NCBI GenBank assembly: GCA_905212975.1
Contig: CAJMGO010000004.1
Span: forward strand, 4,044 to 68,043
Source: an uncultured Bacillota bacterium
GTDB taxonomy: Bacteria; Bacillota_I; Bacilli_A; RF39; UBA660
Direction: 5' to 3'
DNA: 64,000 nt
This document shows, one piece after another, positions 35,263 to 44,598 of the stretch (within the stretch, counting starts at the first letter, position 1; each line of letters opens with the position of its first letter). A model generated the notes under the pieces. The model was given only the letters and a program-made list of their open reading frames with translations, was not told the origin of the DNA and searched no databases. The translations under genes and the position numbers were made by a program.

Positions 35263-35934
35263 ATGGAAATTTTGAAAGTAGATAATTTAACTAAAATTTA
35301 TGGTAAAGATACAACAAAAGTTGTTGCATTAGATCATGTTTCTTTTTCGGTAGAAAAAGGTGAATTTGTAGCAATAGTTGGTGCATCAGGATCTGGTAAA
35401 TCAACACTACTACATTTAATTGGAGGTGTTGATCGACCATCTTCTGGCAAGGTGTTTATTGATGGTAAAGATATATTTAATTTTAATGATGATAAACTTG
35501 CTATATTTAGAAGAAGACAGGTAGGATTAATATATCAATTCTATAATTTAATACCTATATTAAATGTAGAAGAAAATATAACACTGCCACTTTCTTTAGA
35601 TAATCGTGAGGTTGATAAAGAAAAATTGAACGATATGTTAAAACTGTTAGGATTACAAAATAGAAGAACACATCTTCCTAATGAATTATCTGGTGGACAA
35701 CAGCAAAGAACAAGTATTGGTCGTGCTTTAATTACTAATCCTACAATTATACTAGCTGATGAGCCAACTGGTAACTTGGATTCTAAATCAAGTGATGAAA
35801 TAGTTGCTCTACTAAAAAAATCAAATAAAGAACTTAATCAAACAATTATTATGATTACTCACAATATGGAAATTGCAAAAGTGGCTGATAGGATAATTAA
35901 AATTGAAGATGGAAAAATTGTTGAGGAGGTATAA
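35263..35934 (+). CDS. ABC transporter ATP-binding protein (MacB/BceA-type)
   Basis: GASGSGKST, LSGGQQQR, ILADEPTGNLD, H-loop ITHN. ATG 35263 preferred over ORF-track TTG 35254. Confidence 0.9.
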   Translation: MEILKVDNLTKIYGKDTTKVVALDHVSFSVEKGEFVAIVGASGSGKSTLLHLIGGVDRPSSGKVFIDGKDIFNFNDDKLAIFRRRQVGLIYQFYNLIPILNVEENITLPLSLDNREVDKEKLNDMLKLLGLQNRRTHLPNELSGGQQQRTSIGRALITNPTIILADEPTGNLDSKSSDEIVALLKKSNKELNQTIIMITHNMEIAKVADRIIKIEDGKIVEEV

Positions 35935-35936
35935 TT

Positions 35937-38558
35937 ATGAGCTTACTTAACAAATTGACAATTAAAAATCTTAAATTGAATAAGAAAAGAACAGTCGTTA
36001 CTATTATTGGTATTATGCTATCAGTTGCTTTAATAACAGCTGTAGCATCTATATACTCTAGTGGTATAAAATCATTAATTAAATACGAAACATGCGAAAA
36101 AGGAAACTTTCATACTGCATTTTACAATGTCCCTGTTAGTGATATCGATATATTTGAAAACAATAGAAATATAGAAACTATCAATATTACTAAAAATGTT
36201 GGTTATGCTAAAATAGACTCTAAAAATGAATATAAACCTTACGCTTTTATAAAGGCATTTACTAAAGATTCTTTAAAAAATTTATCTGTTAAACTGGTGG
36301 ATGGAAGGCTTCCTGAAAATGAAAATGAAATAGTTATACCGACTCATTTAAAAACAAATGGTAGATTATTTTTAAATATTGGTGATTCTATTACTTTAGA
36401 TATAGGAAAAAGAATTGATAATAGTAATTATGAATTAAATCAAAATAATCCATATCAAAAAAATGATGAAGAAGTTGGTGAATCTATAGTTGAAACAACA
36501 TCAAAAACATATAAAATAGTTGGTATTATAGGAAGACCAGCTACAAATATAGAAGGTTATTCTGCACCAGGATATACATTTATAACTTATCTTGAAGAAA
36601 ATAAAATAAATGGAATTGTTGATGTATATGCAAGATTTTCAAAAGATGGTGTAAAAAACAGTTATGAAACTATTGCTAATATATTAGGTGTTGATGCAAA
36701 ATTATTTAAGAAAGTTAATGATAATGAGAAACAAGCGTCAAATAAAGAATTAAAAGAATATCTAAATCAAATGGATAAAGCAAAATATAGTGATATAAAT
36801 GTTAATTCCTATTTAATTGCTTTAGAAACAAATCCTATTTCAAATAGTGGTATTGGCGGTTTAGGTATTGTTGTAGGAATTGTAATAGGAATAATTGTAT
36901 TTACTTCAATATTTTGTATAAAAAATAGTTTTGATATTTCTATTACAGAGAAAATAAAGCAATATGGTATGTTAAGAAGTATTGGAGCAACTAAAAGACA
37001 AATTAAAAGAAATGTTTTTTATGAAGCTACAATATTAGGATTAATTGGTATTCCATTAGGACTATTACTTGGTTTTATAGCATCATATATACTTATTATC
37101 ATAAGTAATTATTATTTAAATGGTTCATTTGCAGAAGGTTTAAAATTAGTATTTTCTTTTTCTTGGTTGTCTGTTTTAGTAGCCATAATACTTGGTATTG
37201 TAACTATATACTTCTCTGCATTTAGAAGTGCAAAACGAGCATCTAAAGTATCACCAATAGATTCTATTAGAAATAGTGCTAATATTAAAATAAATCCTAA
37301 AAAGATTAAATCACCAAAATTAATAAAAAGTATATTTGGTGTGGGTGGCGAAATATCATTTAAAAACTTAAAAAGAAATAAGAAAAAATATAGAACTACA
37401 GTTATATCAATAGTTGTTTCTGTATTTATATTTATTGCTTTATCAGGATTTATGAAATTGGCATTTCAACAAGTAGATCATGAATTAGAGATATCTGATT
37501 TTAATATTTCATTATCTACAACTATCACAAATAATGAATCTTATAATAAATTTATAGAAACTACTAGATTAGATAATATAGAAGATTATACAATATTTAG
37601 AAATAGTGAAATATCTTTTACAGGGAATCATTATAACAAAGAATATGCTAAGTTTTTAAATTTAGCATTAGATGAAAATAAACCTACATATGCATCTATA
37701 ATTTCTATTGGAGAAGAACAGTTTAAAAAGTATGTTGATTCATTAGGCTTAAATTATAATGAAATTAAAAATAAAGCTATTCTTGTTGATAAGGGATATG
37801 TTTCTAACTATAATAAAAACAATAAGTTAACTACTAAATATATGAGAGTATTTAACTTTAATAAAGGTGACATCATTGACGCCACTATCACTGATAAAGA
37901 TAAAAAAATAAAAATAGAAATTGGAGCAGTTTCTGATGTTAAACCTTTTGGATTTAAAGGTGTCGATGGGCAATATTTACTTATTAGTGATGAAATGTTT
38001 GATGCTAATTTTAAATCTAAATCATTAGCAATATATTATAAATCAAATGATGCTGATAAATTACAAGATGATCTTGATGATTTCTTAAAAGGCGAAGATT
38101 ATAACATTAATAATGTAGATGAAAATGTTAAAATAATGAGTAACTTATTTACTTTAGTAGGAATATTTCTTTATGGATTTATAATTGTAATTTCATTAAT
38201 CGGTATAACTAATATTTTTAATACTATTACTACTAATATGGAACTACGAAAACAAGAATTTGCTATGTTAAAATCAGTTGGTATGACAACAAAAGAATTT
38301 AACAGGATGATTCGATTAGAAAGTTTATTTATGGGTATTAAATCTCTATTCTTTGGTGTACCTATTGGAATAGCATTATCATATATTATTTATCATTTCT
38401 TATCAGAAGAATCAGGAATACCTTATAAACTTCCTATTGTAGCAATATTAATTGCTATAGCAGTTGTATTTATACTTATTTCGTTAATTATGAAGTATTC
38501 TATGAGTAAAATAAATAAGCAAAATACTATTGAAACAATTAGAAATGAGAATATCTAA
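35937..38558 (+). CDS. ABC transporter permease with two FtsX domains (873 aa)
   Basis: TM1 followed by a ~270-aa extracytoplasmic domain and an FtsX 3-TM bundle, then the same arrangement again. Directly follows the ATPase gene with a 2-nt gap. Confidence 0.85.
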   Translation: MSLLNKLTIKNLKLNKKRTVVTIIGIMLSVALITAVASIYSSGIKSLIKYETCEKGNFHTAFYNVPVSDIDIFENNRNIETINITKNVGYAKIDSKNEYKPYAFIKAFTKDSLKNLSVKLVDGRLPENENEIVIPTHLKTNGRLFLNIGDSITLDIGKRIDNSNYELNQNNPYQKNDEEVGESIVETTSKTYKIVGIIGRPATNIEGYSAPGYTFITYLEENKINGIVDVYARFSKDGVKNSYETIANILGVDAKLFKKVNDNEKQASNKELKEYLNQMDKAKYSDINVNSYLIALETNPISNSGIGGLGIVVGIVIGIIVFTSIFCIKNSFDISITEKIKQYGMLRSIGATKRQIKRNVFYEATILGLIGIPLGLLLGFIASYILIIISNYYLNGSFAEGLKLVFSFSWLSVLVAIILGIVTIYFSAFRSAKRASKVSPIDSIRNSANIKINPKKIKSPKLIKSIFGVGGEISFKNLKRNKKKYRTTVISIVVSVFIFIALSGFMKLAFQQVDHELEISDFNISLSTTITNNESYNKFIETTRLDNIEDYTIFRNSEISFTGNHYNKEYAKFLNLALDENKPTYASIISIGEEQFKKYVDSLGLNYNEIKNKAILVDKGYVSNYNKNNKLTTKYMRVFNFNKGDIIDATITDKDKKIKIEIGAVSDVKPFGFKGVDGQYLLISDEMFDANFKSKSLAIYYKSNDADKLQDDLDDFLKGEDYNINNVDENVKIMSNLFTLVGIFLYGFIIVISLIGITNIFNTITTNMELRKQEFAMLKSVGMTTKEFNRMIRLESLFMGIKSLFFGVPIGIALSYIIYHFLSEESGIPYKLPIVAILIAIAVVFILISLIMKYSMSKINKQNTIETIRNENI

Positions 38559-38559
38559 T

Positions 38560-38595
38560 ATAAGGAGCGAAAAGCTCCTTATATTGTGGTATAAT
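38560..38595 (+). promoter_or_regulatory. Hairpin followed by internal extended -10 promoter for the two-component genes
   Basis: Stem ATAAGGAGC / GCTCCTTAT (38560-38568 / 38574-38582) without a U-run, then TGGTATAAT (38587-38595). Confidence 0.4.
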
Positions 38596-38620
38596 ATTAT
38601 GTAATGAAAGGAGCTAATAT

Positions 38621-39277
38621 ATGAATATTTTGTTAATTGAAGATACAGAATCAATTATAAAAGGACTCACATACTCTTTTGAAAAAAATAACTATAATTT
38701 AAATGTAAAAACTACTATAAAAGATTCAAAAGAATATTTATTAAATAACTCCAACATTGATTTAATAATACTTGATATAACTTTACCAGATGGAAATGGA
38801 TTTAACTTATTTGAAAATACTATTAAGAATTTAAAAATTCCTACTATTTTTTTAACAGCTAAAGATGAAGAAGATGATATTGTTAAAGGATTAAATGTAG
38901 GTGCTGAAGATTATATAACTAAACCTTTTAGCTCTAAAGAATTACTTGCAAGAGTTAATAGAATATTATTAAGATCTAAAAAGAAAAATATTATTAAAGT
39001 AAAAGATATTTCTTACGATATGGATAAATTTGTTTTAATGAAAGATAATATTCCTATTGAACTAACTGCATTAGAATTAAAACTTGTAAATTTATTATTT
39101 AATAACTTAAATAAAGTAGTTAGTAGAAATGTTATATTAGATAAAATTTGGGATTGGACTGGTAATTATGTAGATGATCATACGGTTACCGTTTATTTCA
39201 AAAGAATTAGAGAAAAAATAGGAACAGATATTATTACTACTATTAAAGGAATGGGTTATAGGATTGATGAAGAATAA
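38621..39277 (+). CDS. OmpR-family response regulator
   Basis: Receiver domain (DLIILDITLPDG, phospho-acceptor Asp) plus winged-helix C-terminus (..TVTVYFKRIREKI..GMGYRI). Confidence 0.9.
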   Translation: MNILLIEDTESIIKGLTYSFEKNNYNLNVKTTIKDSKEYLLNNSNIDLIILDITLPDGNGFNLFENTIKNLKIPTIFLTAKDEEDDIVKGLNVGAEDYITKPFSSKELLARVNRILLRSKKKNIIKVKDISYDMDKFVLMKDNIPIELTALELKLVNLLFNNLNKVVSRNVILDKIWDWTGNYVDDHTVTVYFKRIREKIGTDIITTIKGMGYRIDEE

Positions 39278-40481
39278 AATTAAATTAAAACAGTATTTTA
39301 TTTCTACATTTATTGTATCAATATGTTTATTTGTTTCGTTCCTAACATTAAATATATATGAATACAATACTTATACTAAAAATTTTAATAATAAAATTGG
39401 TGCTATTATTAATGTAATCAAAGATAAGTATCCAGAAATAACGGATAAAGAAATTATTACAATTTTAAATAGTGATGAATTTGAATCTAATGATTTTTTT
39501 ATCAAATATGGAATTGATGTAGATAATAAATCAGTTCTTATTAAAAATGATAAAGACTATCATATGTTTTTAGTTATAAATATGTCTTTTTTAACAATAA
39601 CTATTATTATTTTAATGATTTTATATATTAGATATAATCATAAAAAAGAAAATGATATAAAGGATATTATTAAATGTATAGAAGAAATAAACAAAAAGAA
39701 CTATGAATTACAGATTGATTCGATATCAGAAGATGAATTATCAATTTTAAAAAATGAAATATATAAAACTACCATAATGTTAAAAGAATCAGCTGAAAAT
39801 TCTAACAAGGATAAAATAAATCTAAAAAAATCATTAGAAGATATTTCTCATCAATTAAAAACTCCACTTACTAGTATATTAGTAATGTTAGACAATATTA
39901 TTGAAGATCCTGATATGGATAAGTGTGTTAGAAATGATTTTATTAGAGATATAAAAAGAAATGTTACAAACATTAATTTTTTGGTACAAACACTTTTAAA
40001 GTTATCAAAGTTTGATGCTAATACAGTTTATTTTATAAAACAAGAAAATGATTTACAAAATATTGTTAAAGAATCCATTAAAAATGTTTCTACTTTATGT
40101 GATTTAAGAAACATTAATATTGAATTTAATACTAAAGGAAATTCTAAAATTGTATGTGATTCTAAATGGCAAATTGAAGCAATAACTAATATATTAAAAA
40201 ATGCTATAGATCACTCTAAAAATGCTTCAAAAGTAACAATTAATATAGAAGATAATAATGTATATTCAATGATTGAAATTATTGATACTGGTGATGGTAT
40301 TTCTAAAAAAGATATAGCACACATCTTTGAGAGATTTTATAAAGGTGAAAATGCTACATCTGATAGTATAGGTATTGGACTGGCTCTAGCAAAGACTATT
40401 ATTGAAGAAGATAACGGAAATGTTAGTGTTGAATCAAACAAACTAGGAACAAAATTCGTAATTAAATATTTTAAATTATAA
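39264..40481 (+). CDS. Sensor histidine kinase
   Basis: Two TM segments flanking a ~65-aa loop. H-box DISHQLKTPLT. N, G1 and G2 boxes (NAIDHS, DTGDGI, GIGLALAK). Overlaps the regulator gene by 14 nt. Confidence 0.85.
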   Translation: MMKNKIKLKQYFISTFIVSICLFVSFLTLNIYEYNTYTKNFNNKIGAIINVIKDKYPEITDKEIITILNSDEFESNDFFIKYGIDVDNKSVLIKNDKDYHMFLVINMSFLTITIIILMILYIRYNHKKENDIKDIIKCIEEINKKNYELQIDSISEDELSILKNEIYKTTIMLKESAENSNKDKINLKKSLEDISHQLKTPLTSILVMLDNIIEDPDMDKCVRNDFIRDIKRNVTNINFLVQTLLKLSKFDANTVYFIKQENDLQNIVKESIKNVSTLCDLRNINIEFNTKGNSKIVCDSKWQIEAITNILKNAIDHSKNASKVTINIEDNNVYSMIEIIDTGDGISKKDIAHIFERFYKGENATSDSIGIGLALAKTIIEEDNGNVSVESNKLGTKFVIKYFKL

Positions 40482-40578
40482 TGCTCATAGTGTAGTAATA
40501 ATCCGAATAATCTAATTTAGAAAAAATGTGGTATAATTGAATAGATAGATAGTAATTTATTGAAATGGAGGATTGATT

Positions 40579-41034
40579 ATGAAAAAAATTTTAACTATTT
40601 TATTATGTGGGATTATAGTATTGGGAATGGCAGGATGTGGAAAAGCAAAAAATAAATTTGATATTGGAAATAAGTCTAATATTAAGATTTCACAAAATGA
40701 TGTTACAATGACTATTAAAGAGGGAACATTAACAAATAAAAGTGCAACTCTTGTTTTAACAAATAATAGTGATAAAAATTTCCAATATGGGGATCCTTAT
40801 GAAATAGAAATTAAAAAAGATGAAGAATGGCATAAAATAAATATTGAATTATATTTCGATATGCCAGCTTTTCAACTTTCAGCAAAAGAAAGTAAAGAAA
40901 TTGAACTCAATTGGGAAAATGGGTATGGTAAACTTGCAAATGGAACTTATAGAATTATAAAAGAAATTGACTATGAATATGAAGAAGAAAAATATGAAAC
41001 TTTCAATGTAGCAGTTGAATTTACTATTGAATAA
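40579..41034 (+). CDS. Lipoprotein with beta-sandwich-like domain
   Basis: GGAGG SD 7 nt before ATG 40579. Lipobox LGMAGCGK. 151 aa. Confidence 0.6.
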   Translation: MKKILTILLCGIIVLGMAGCGKAKNKFDIGNKSNIKISQNDVTMTIKEGTLTNKSATLVLTNNSDKNFQYGDPYEIEIKKDEEWHKINIELYFDMPAFQLSAKESKEIELNWENGYGKLANGTYRIIKEIDYEYEEEKYETFNVAVEFTIE

Positions 41035-41068
41035 AAATTACAATTTGATAATTTGTTAGGAGGCTTAT

Positions 41069-41245
41069 ATGAAAAAATATATAAAATATTTAATAAATAT
41101 AGTTGTTTTTGAAATTATATATACTTTAGTAATGTATTTGTTTTCTAAAAGTATAAATTGGAAAATGGTTTTTGTTACAACAATAATATATGCTGTTTCT
41201 TATATAGTAACTGATTTGATATGTGATAAATTAAAAAAAGAATAA
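41069..41245 (+). CDS. Small two-TM protein (58 aa), below the ORF-track cutoff
   Basis: TAGGAGG SD 6 nt upstream. MKKYIKYLINIVVFEIIYTLVMYLFSKSINWKMVFVTTIIYAVSYIVTDLICDKLKKE. Confidence 0.45.
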   Translation: MKKYIKYLINIVVFEIIYTLVMYLFSKSINWKMVFVTTIIYAVSYIVTDLICDKLKKE

Positions 41246-41289
41246 ATTATGAATTAAAAATATGAAGATTATAAAAAAAATAAAACAAA

Positions 41290-41328
41290 AAGAATATTAA
41301 AAGATATTATTACAGGATAATATCTTTT
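41290..41328 (+). repeat. Direct repeat copy C (3'-end relic plus terminator hairpin)
   Basis: 39 nt matching 29901-29939 with one mismatch (AAGAAtATTAAAAGATATTATTACAGGATAATATCTTTT). Retains codons ..R(I)LKDIITG-stop with no ORF attached. Confidence 0.6.
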
Positions 41329-41400
41329 ACTTTACACAGATAATTATTTTATTATTTAGTTTTTTGTTATTTTATACTATAATATGTATGGTGGTAAGAT

Positions 41401-42582
41401 ATGAAAAAAATAGTATTTGGTTTAATTATTTTTTTAACATTTATAAATGTTTCTGCGTTAGATATAAATTCAAAAAATGCAGTTCTTTATAATTTAAATG
41501 ATGATAACGTAATATATGAAAAATCTAAGGATGAAAAGATTCAAATAGCTAGTTTAACTAAGATAATGACATCTATTGTAGCTATTGAAAATATAGATAA
41601 TATAAATGATTATGTTACTCTTAAACAATCTGATTTTAAAGGATTAGAAGGGTATGCGAAAGCTGGATTTAATGTTGGCGATAAGGTAACGTATGAAGAT
41701 TTATTATATGGTATTATTTTACCAAGTGGTGCAGATGCTGTACAAGCTATTGCTAATAATGTATCTGGTAGTATTGATGACTTTGTTGAATTAATGAATA
41801 AAAAAGCAGTTGAGTTAAATTTAAAAAATACTCATTTTGATAATCCTATAGGTATGGATAGTGTTGAGAATTATTCTAGTGTAGATGATGTTGCTAAAAC
41901 TTTAAAATATGCATTAAAAAATAAAGATTTTAAAAAAATATTTACTACAAAAAAGTATACAACAACAAATGGTCTTGTTTTATCTAGTACACTAAGTGCC
42001 AAAGCAAAAGTTTTAAATAAAGATGCAAGTTACATATTAGGTTCTAAAACAGGAACAACTAATAAAGCTGGTCTTTGTTTAGCTAGTATAGCTTCCTTAA
42101 GTAATATTGATTATTTACTTGTAACTTGTGGAGCAAAAAATGGATCTTACCCATATAATTTAGAAGATGCATTAGATACTTATAATTATTATGATGAGAA
42201 CTATGAATATAAAACTTTAATAAGTAAAAATCAATTACTAAAAACTTTAAAAGTTAAAAAAAGTACAATTAAGAAATTAGATATATATTCTAATAAAAAT
42301 ATAAAAGTATATGTAAAAAAGAATATTGATTTAAATAACTTAGAATATAAATATGATGGATTAGATGTTATAGATTATAAATCAAAAGTAGGGGATAAAC
42401 TTGGCGTTATAACTGTTATGTATGAAGGAGAAGAATTATATACTTACGATGTTGTTTTAAATACTGAAATAAAGAAATTTCCTTATTATTTAATTTATAT
42501 TTCTATATTTGTATTTTTTATGTTAATAATTTATATAAAGAATAAAAAGAAAAAAAGAAGAATAAAAAGAAGAAAAAGATAG
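41401..42582 (+). CDS. D-alanyl-D-alanine carboxypeptidase (PBP5/S11 family) with C-terminal TM and polybasic tail
   Basis: Signal peptide. IASLTKIM (SxxK), SGAD (SxN), SKTGTT (KTG), C-terminal TM, then KNKKKKRRIKRRKR. Confidence 0.85.
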   Translation: MKKIVFGLIIFLTFINVSALDINSKNAVLYNLNDDNVIYEKSKDEKIQIASLTKIMTSIVAIENIDNINDYVTLKQSDFKGLEGYAKAGFNVGDKVTYEDLLYGIILPSGADAVQAIANNVSGSIDDFVELMNKKAVELNLKNTHFDNPIGMDSVENYSSVDDVAKTLKYALKNKDFKKIFTTKKYTTTNGLVLSSTLSAKAKVLNKDASYILGSKTGTTNKAGLCLASIASLSNIDYLLVTCGAKNGSYPYNLEDALDTYNYYDENYEYKTLISKNQLLKTLKVKKSTIKKLDIYSNKNIKVYVKKNIDLNNLEYKYDGLDVIDYKSKVGDKLGVITVMYEGEELYTYDVVLNTEIKKFPYYLIYISIFVFFMLIIYIKNKKKKRRIKRRKR

Positions 42583-42604
42583 AATTTAATTTTCTATCTT
42601 TTTA
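42571..42604. terminator. Bidirectional terminator shared by convergent genes
   Basis: 10-bp stem AAAGATAGAA / TTCTATCTTT (42575-42584 / 42592-42601) spanning both stop codons. Confidence 0.6.
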
Positions 42605-43497
42605 ATTGCATCTTTAATTATATCAACTGAGTTTTGTAATTTATTTGTTTCTTCTTCATTTAATTTAACATATATTCTTTTTTGTATACCTGATTTATTT
42701 ATTATAGAAGGTATTCCCATATATATATCATTTACTTCATCATATGCTGAAACAGCAAGTACTGTATTTTCATCACCTAATATAGCATTTGTTATTCTAG
42801 CTAAACACATACCAATTCCATAGAATGTAGCACCTTTTTTATTAATTATTTCATATGCAGCATTTCTAACATCTTTTTCTATTTCAGATAGTTCTTGATT
42901 ATTTAAAAAATCAGTTATATTTTGAAGACCTATATTAACATTACTCCATGGAACAAATTCTGAATCACCATGTTCTCCAATAACATACCCATGTACGTTT
43001 TTAGGATTAATATTTAGTTTTTCTCCAACTAAATAACGAAGTCTTGCTGTATCAAGACATGTACCAGAACCAATTACTCTATTGTGAGGTAATTTTGAAT
43101 ATTTAAATGTTAAATATGTCATAACATCAAGTGGGTTAGTAGCAATTAAAAATATACCATCAAATCCAGAAGACATTACATTATCTATAATAGATTTAAA
43201 TATTTTACTATTTTTATATATTAAATCCATTCTTGTTTCACCAGGTTCTTGATTTGCACCAGCAGCAATTACAATTAATGTAGCATCTTTACAATCAGAA
43301 TAATCTCCAGCTTTTATATCTATTTTAGAAGGACCTACTGCAAGACAATGATTTAAGTCCATTGCTTCTCCTTCTATTCTTGTTTTATTTAAATCAATTA
43401 AAACAAGTTCATTAACATATGTTCTTTGATTCAAAAGGGCATATGCATAACTCATTCCAACATTTCCACAACCTATTATTACAACTTTATTTTTCAT
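42586..43497 (-). CDS. ldh: L-lactate dehydrogenase
   Basis: VVIIGCGNVGMSYAYAL (Rossmann fold), GANQEPGETRMDL, IGEHGDSEFVPWS. Confidence 0.9.
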   Translation of the reverse strand: MKNKVVIIGCGNVGMSYAYALLNQRTYVNELVLIDLNKTRIEGEAMDLNHCLAVGPSKIDIKAGDYSDCKDATLIVIAAGANQEPGETRMDLIYKNSKIFKSIIDNVMSSGFDGIFLIATNPLDVMTYLTFKYSKLPHNRVIGSGTCLDTARLRYLVGEKLNINPKNVHGYVIGEHGDSEFVPWSNVNIGLQNITDFLNNQELSEIEKDVRNAAYEIINKKGATFYGIGMCLARITNAILGDENTVLAVSAYDEVNDIYMGIPSIINKSGIQKRIYVKLNEEETNKLQNSVDIIKDAIKKIEN

Positions 43498-43512
43498 AAA
43501 ATAAACCTCCTT

Positions 43513-43614
43513 TTAAGCATAATAGTAAATTAAAATACAACAAACTACTGCTATTACAACTAATGTGATAACTTTAAATGTAGTTTTTGCAATATTCTTT
43601 TTATATTGTTTCAT
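43513..43614 (-). CDS. Tiny single-TM peptide (33 aa) upstream of ldh
   Basis: MKQYKKNIAKTTFKVITLVVIAVVCCILIYYYA. Its stop abuts the ldh SD (AAAGGAGG). No clear SD of its own. Confidence 0.3.
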   Translation of the reverse strand: MKQYKKNIAKTTFKVITLVVIAVVCCILIYYYA

Positions 43615-43674
43615 TTTATCACCAAATTTATTATACCACATAAAGAAAAAAATTTACCCCCCTAAGGTAAATCT

Positions 43675-44223
43675 TTATATTAATCTTATTTCATCATCTG
43701 TAAAGAATGGTTTATTTTTATCTATTCTATCATAAAATAGAATTCCATTTAAATGATCTATTTCATGTTGAAAGGCTATAGATAAATCCTCTCTTGCTCG
43801 AATTGTTATTTTATTTCCATCAGTATCTAATCCTTCTACAGTAACACGTGCATATCTTGGTACATGGCCATCAACTTCTCTGTTAACACTAAGACATCCT
43901 TCTCCTGCTTCTGCAGCTATAATTTCTGTTGAATTACTAACTATTTTTGGATTTACTACAACATAGTTTTCAAATTTTCCTTCTTCATATTCATAGACAA
44001 TTACTATAATACGTTTTAAAATTCCAATTTGAGGGAAGGCTAAACCCATACCAGGGCGTAAATCATATTTTTTAGATAAATTTTCTATTTGACTATATTT
44101 TAAATTAAGTATTATTTGATTTATTGTTTCCTTTTCTTCTTTAGTAAGTGGTTCAGTTACTTCTTTAGAAATTTCTCTTAATATTTTATTTTTCTCATCT
44201 AATATTTTTAATTTTTTAAACAT
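43675..44223 (-). CDS. def: Peptide deformylase
   Basis: GLAFPQIG, EGCLS, HEIDHLNG. GGTGAT SD favours the ATG at 44223 over the ORF-track start at 44232. Confidence 0.9.
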   Translation of the reverse strand: MFKKLKILDEKNKILREISKEVTEPLTKEEKETINQIILNLKYSQIENLSKKYDLRPGMGLAFPQIGILKRIIVIVYEYEEGKFENYVVVNPKIVSNSTEIIAAEAGEGCLSVNREVDGHVPRYARVTVEGLDTDGNKITIRAREDLSIAFQHEIDHLNGILFYDRIDKNKPFFTDDEIRLI

Positions 44224-44300
44224 ATACATCACCAGTGAATATATTTTAGCACAAATTTAATTTAAAAACAATAAAAACCCTATAAAAATAGGGCTTTTAA

Positions 44301-44456
44301 TTAGTTGTTACGATTCCATGTTCCAGCACCAATTATGATTACAAGTAAAATAAATAGAACAAGGATTATAGCTGCTCCATATCCAGTACCGTATCCGTAA
44401 TTTCCTTGATTACAGCAAGCATTTCCGTATCCTTGATATCCTCCGTAGTAGTACAA
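44301..44456 (-). CDS. YjcZ-like tiny sporulation membrane protein (51 aa, TTG start)
   Basis: AGGAGGGG SD, then TTG. MYYYGGYQGYGNACCNQGNYGYGTGYGAAIILVLFILLVIIIGAGTWNRNN has a Gly/Tyr-rich head plus one TM, as in the YjcZ family. Hairpin terminator downstream (44274-44299). Confidence 0.55.
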   Translation of the reverse strand: MYYYGGYQGYGNACCNQGNYGYGTGYGAAIILVLFILLVIIIGAGTWNRNN

Positions 44457-44598
44457 AAAAATCCCCTCCTTTTTCTAATATAGTCTACTCAAAAGATGTA
44501 AAATAGGTGATTGAATATGCCTAAATTATTTTAAAGAAATGTACTTTATCTTGAGAGTTATTTAATAGTGTGTTATTATATAAAATAGGAGTGAAAGT

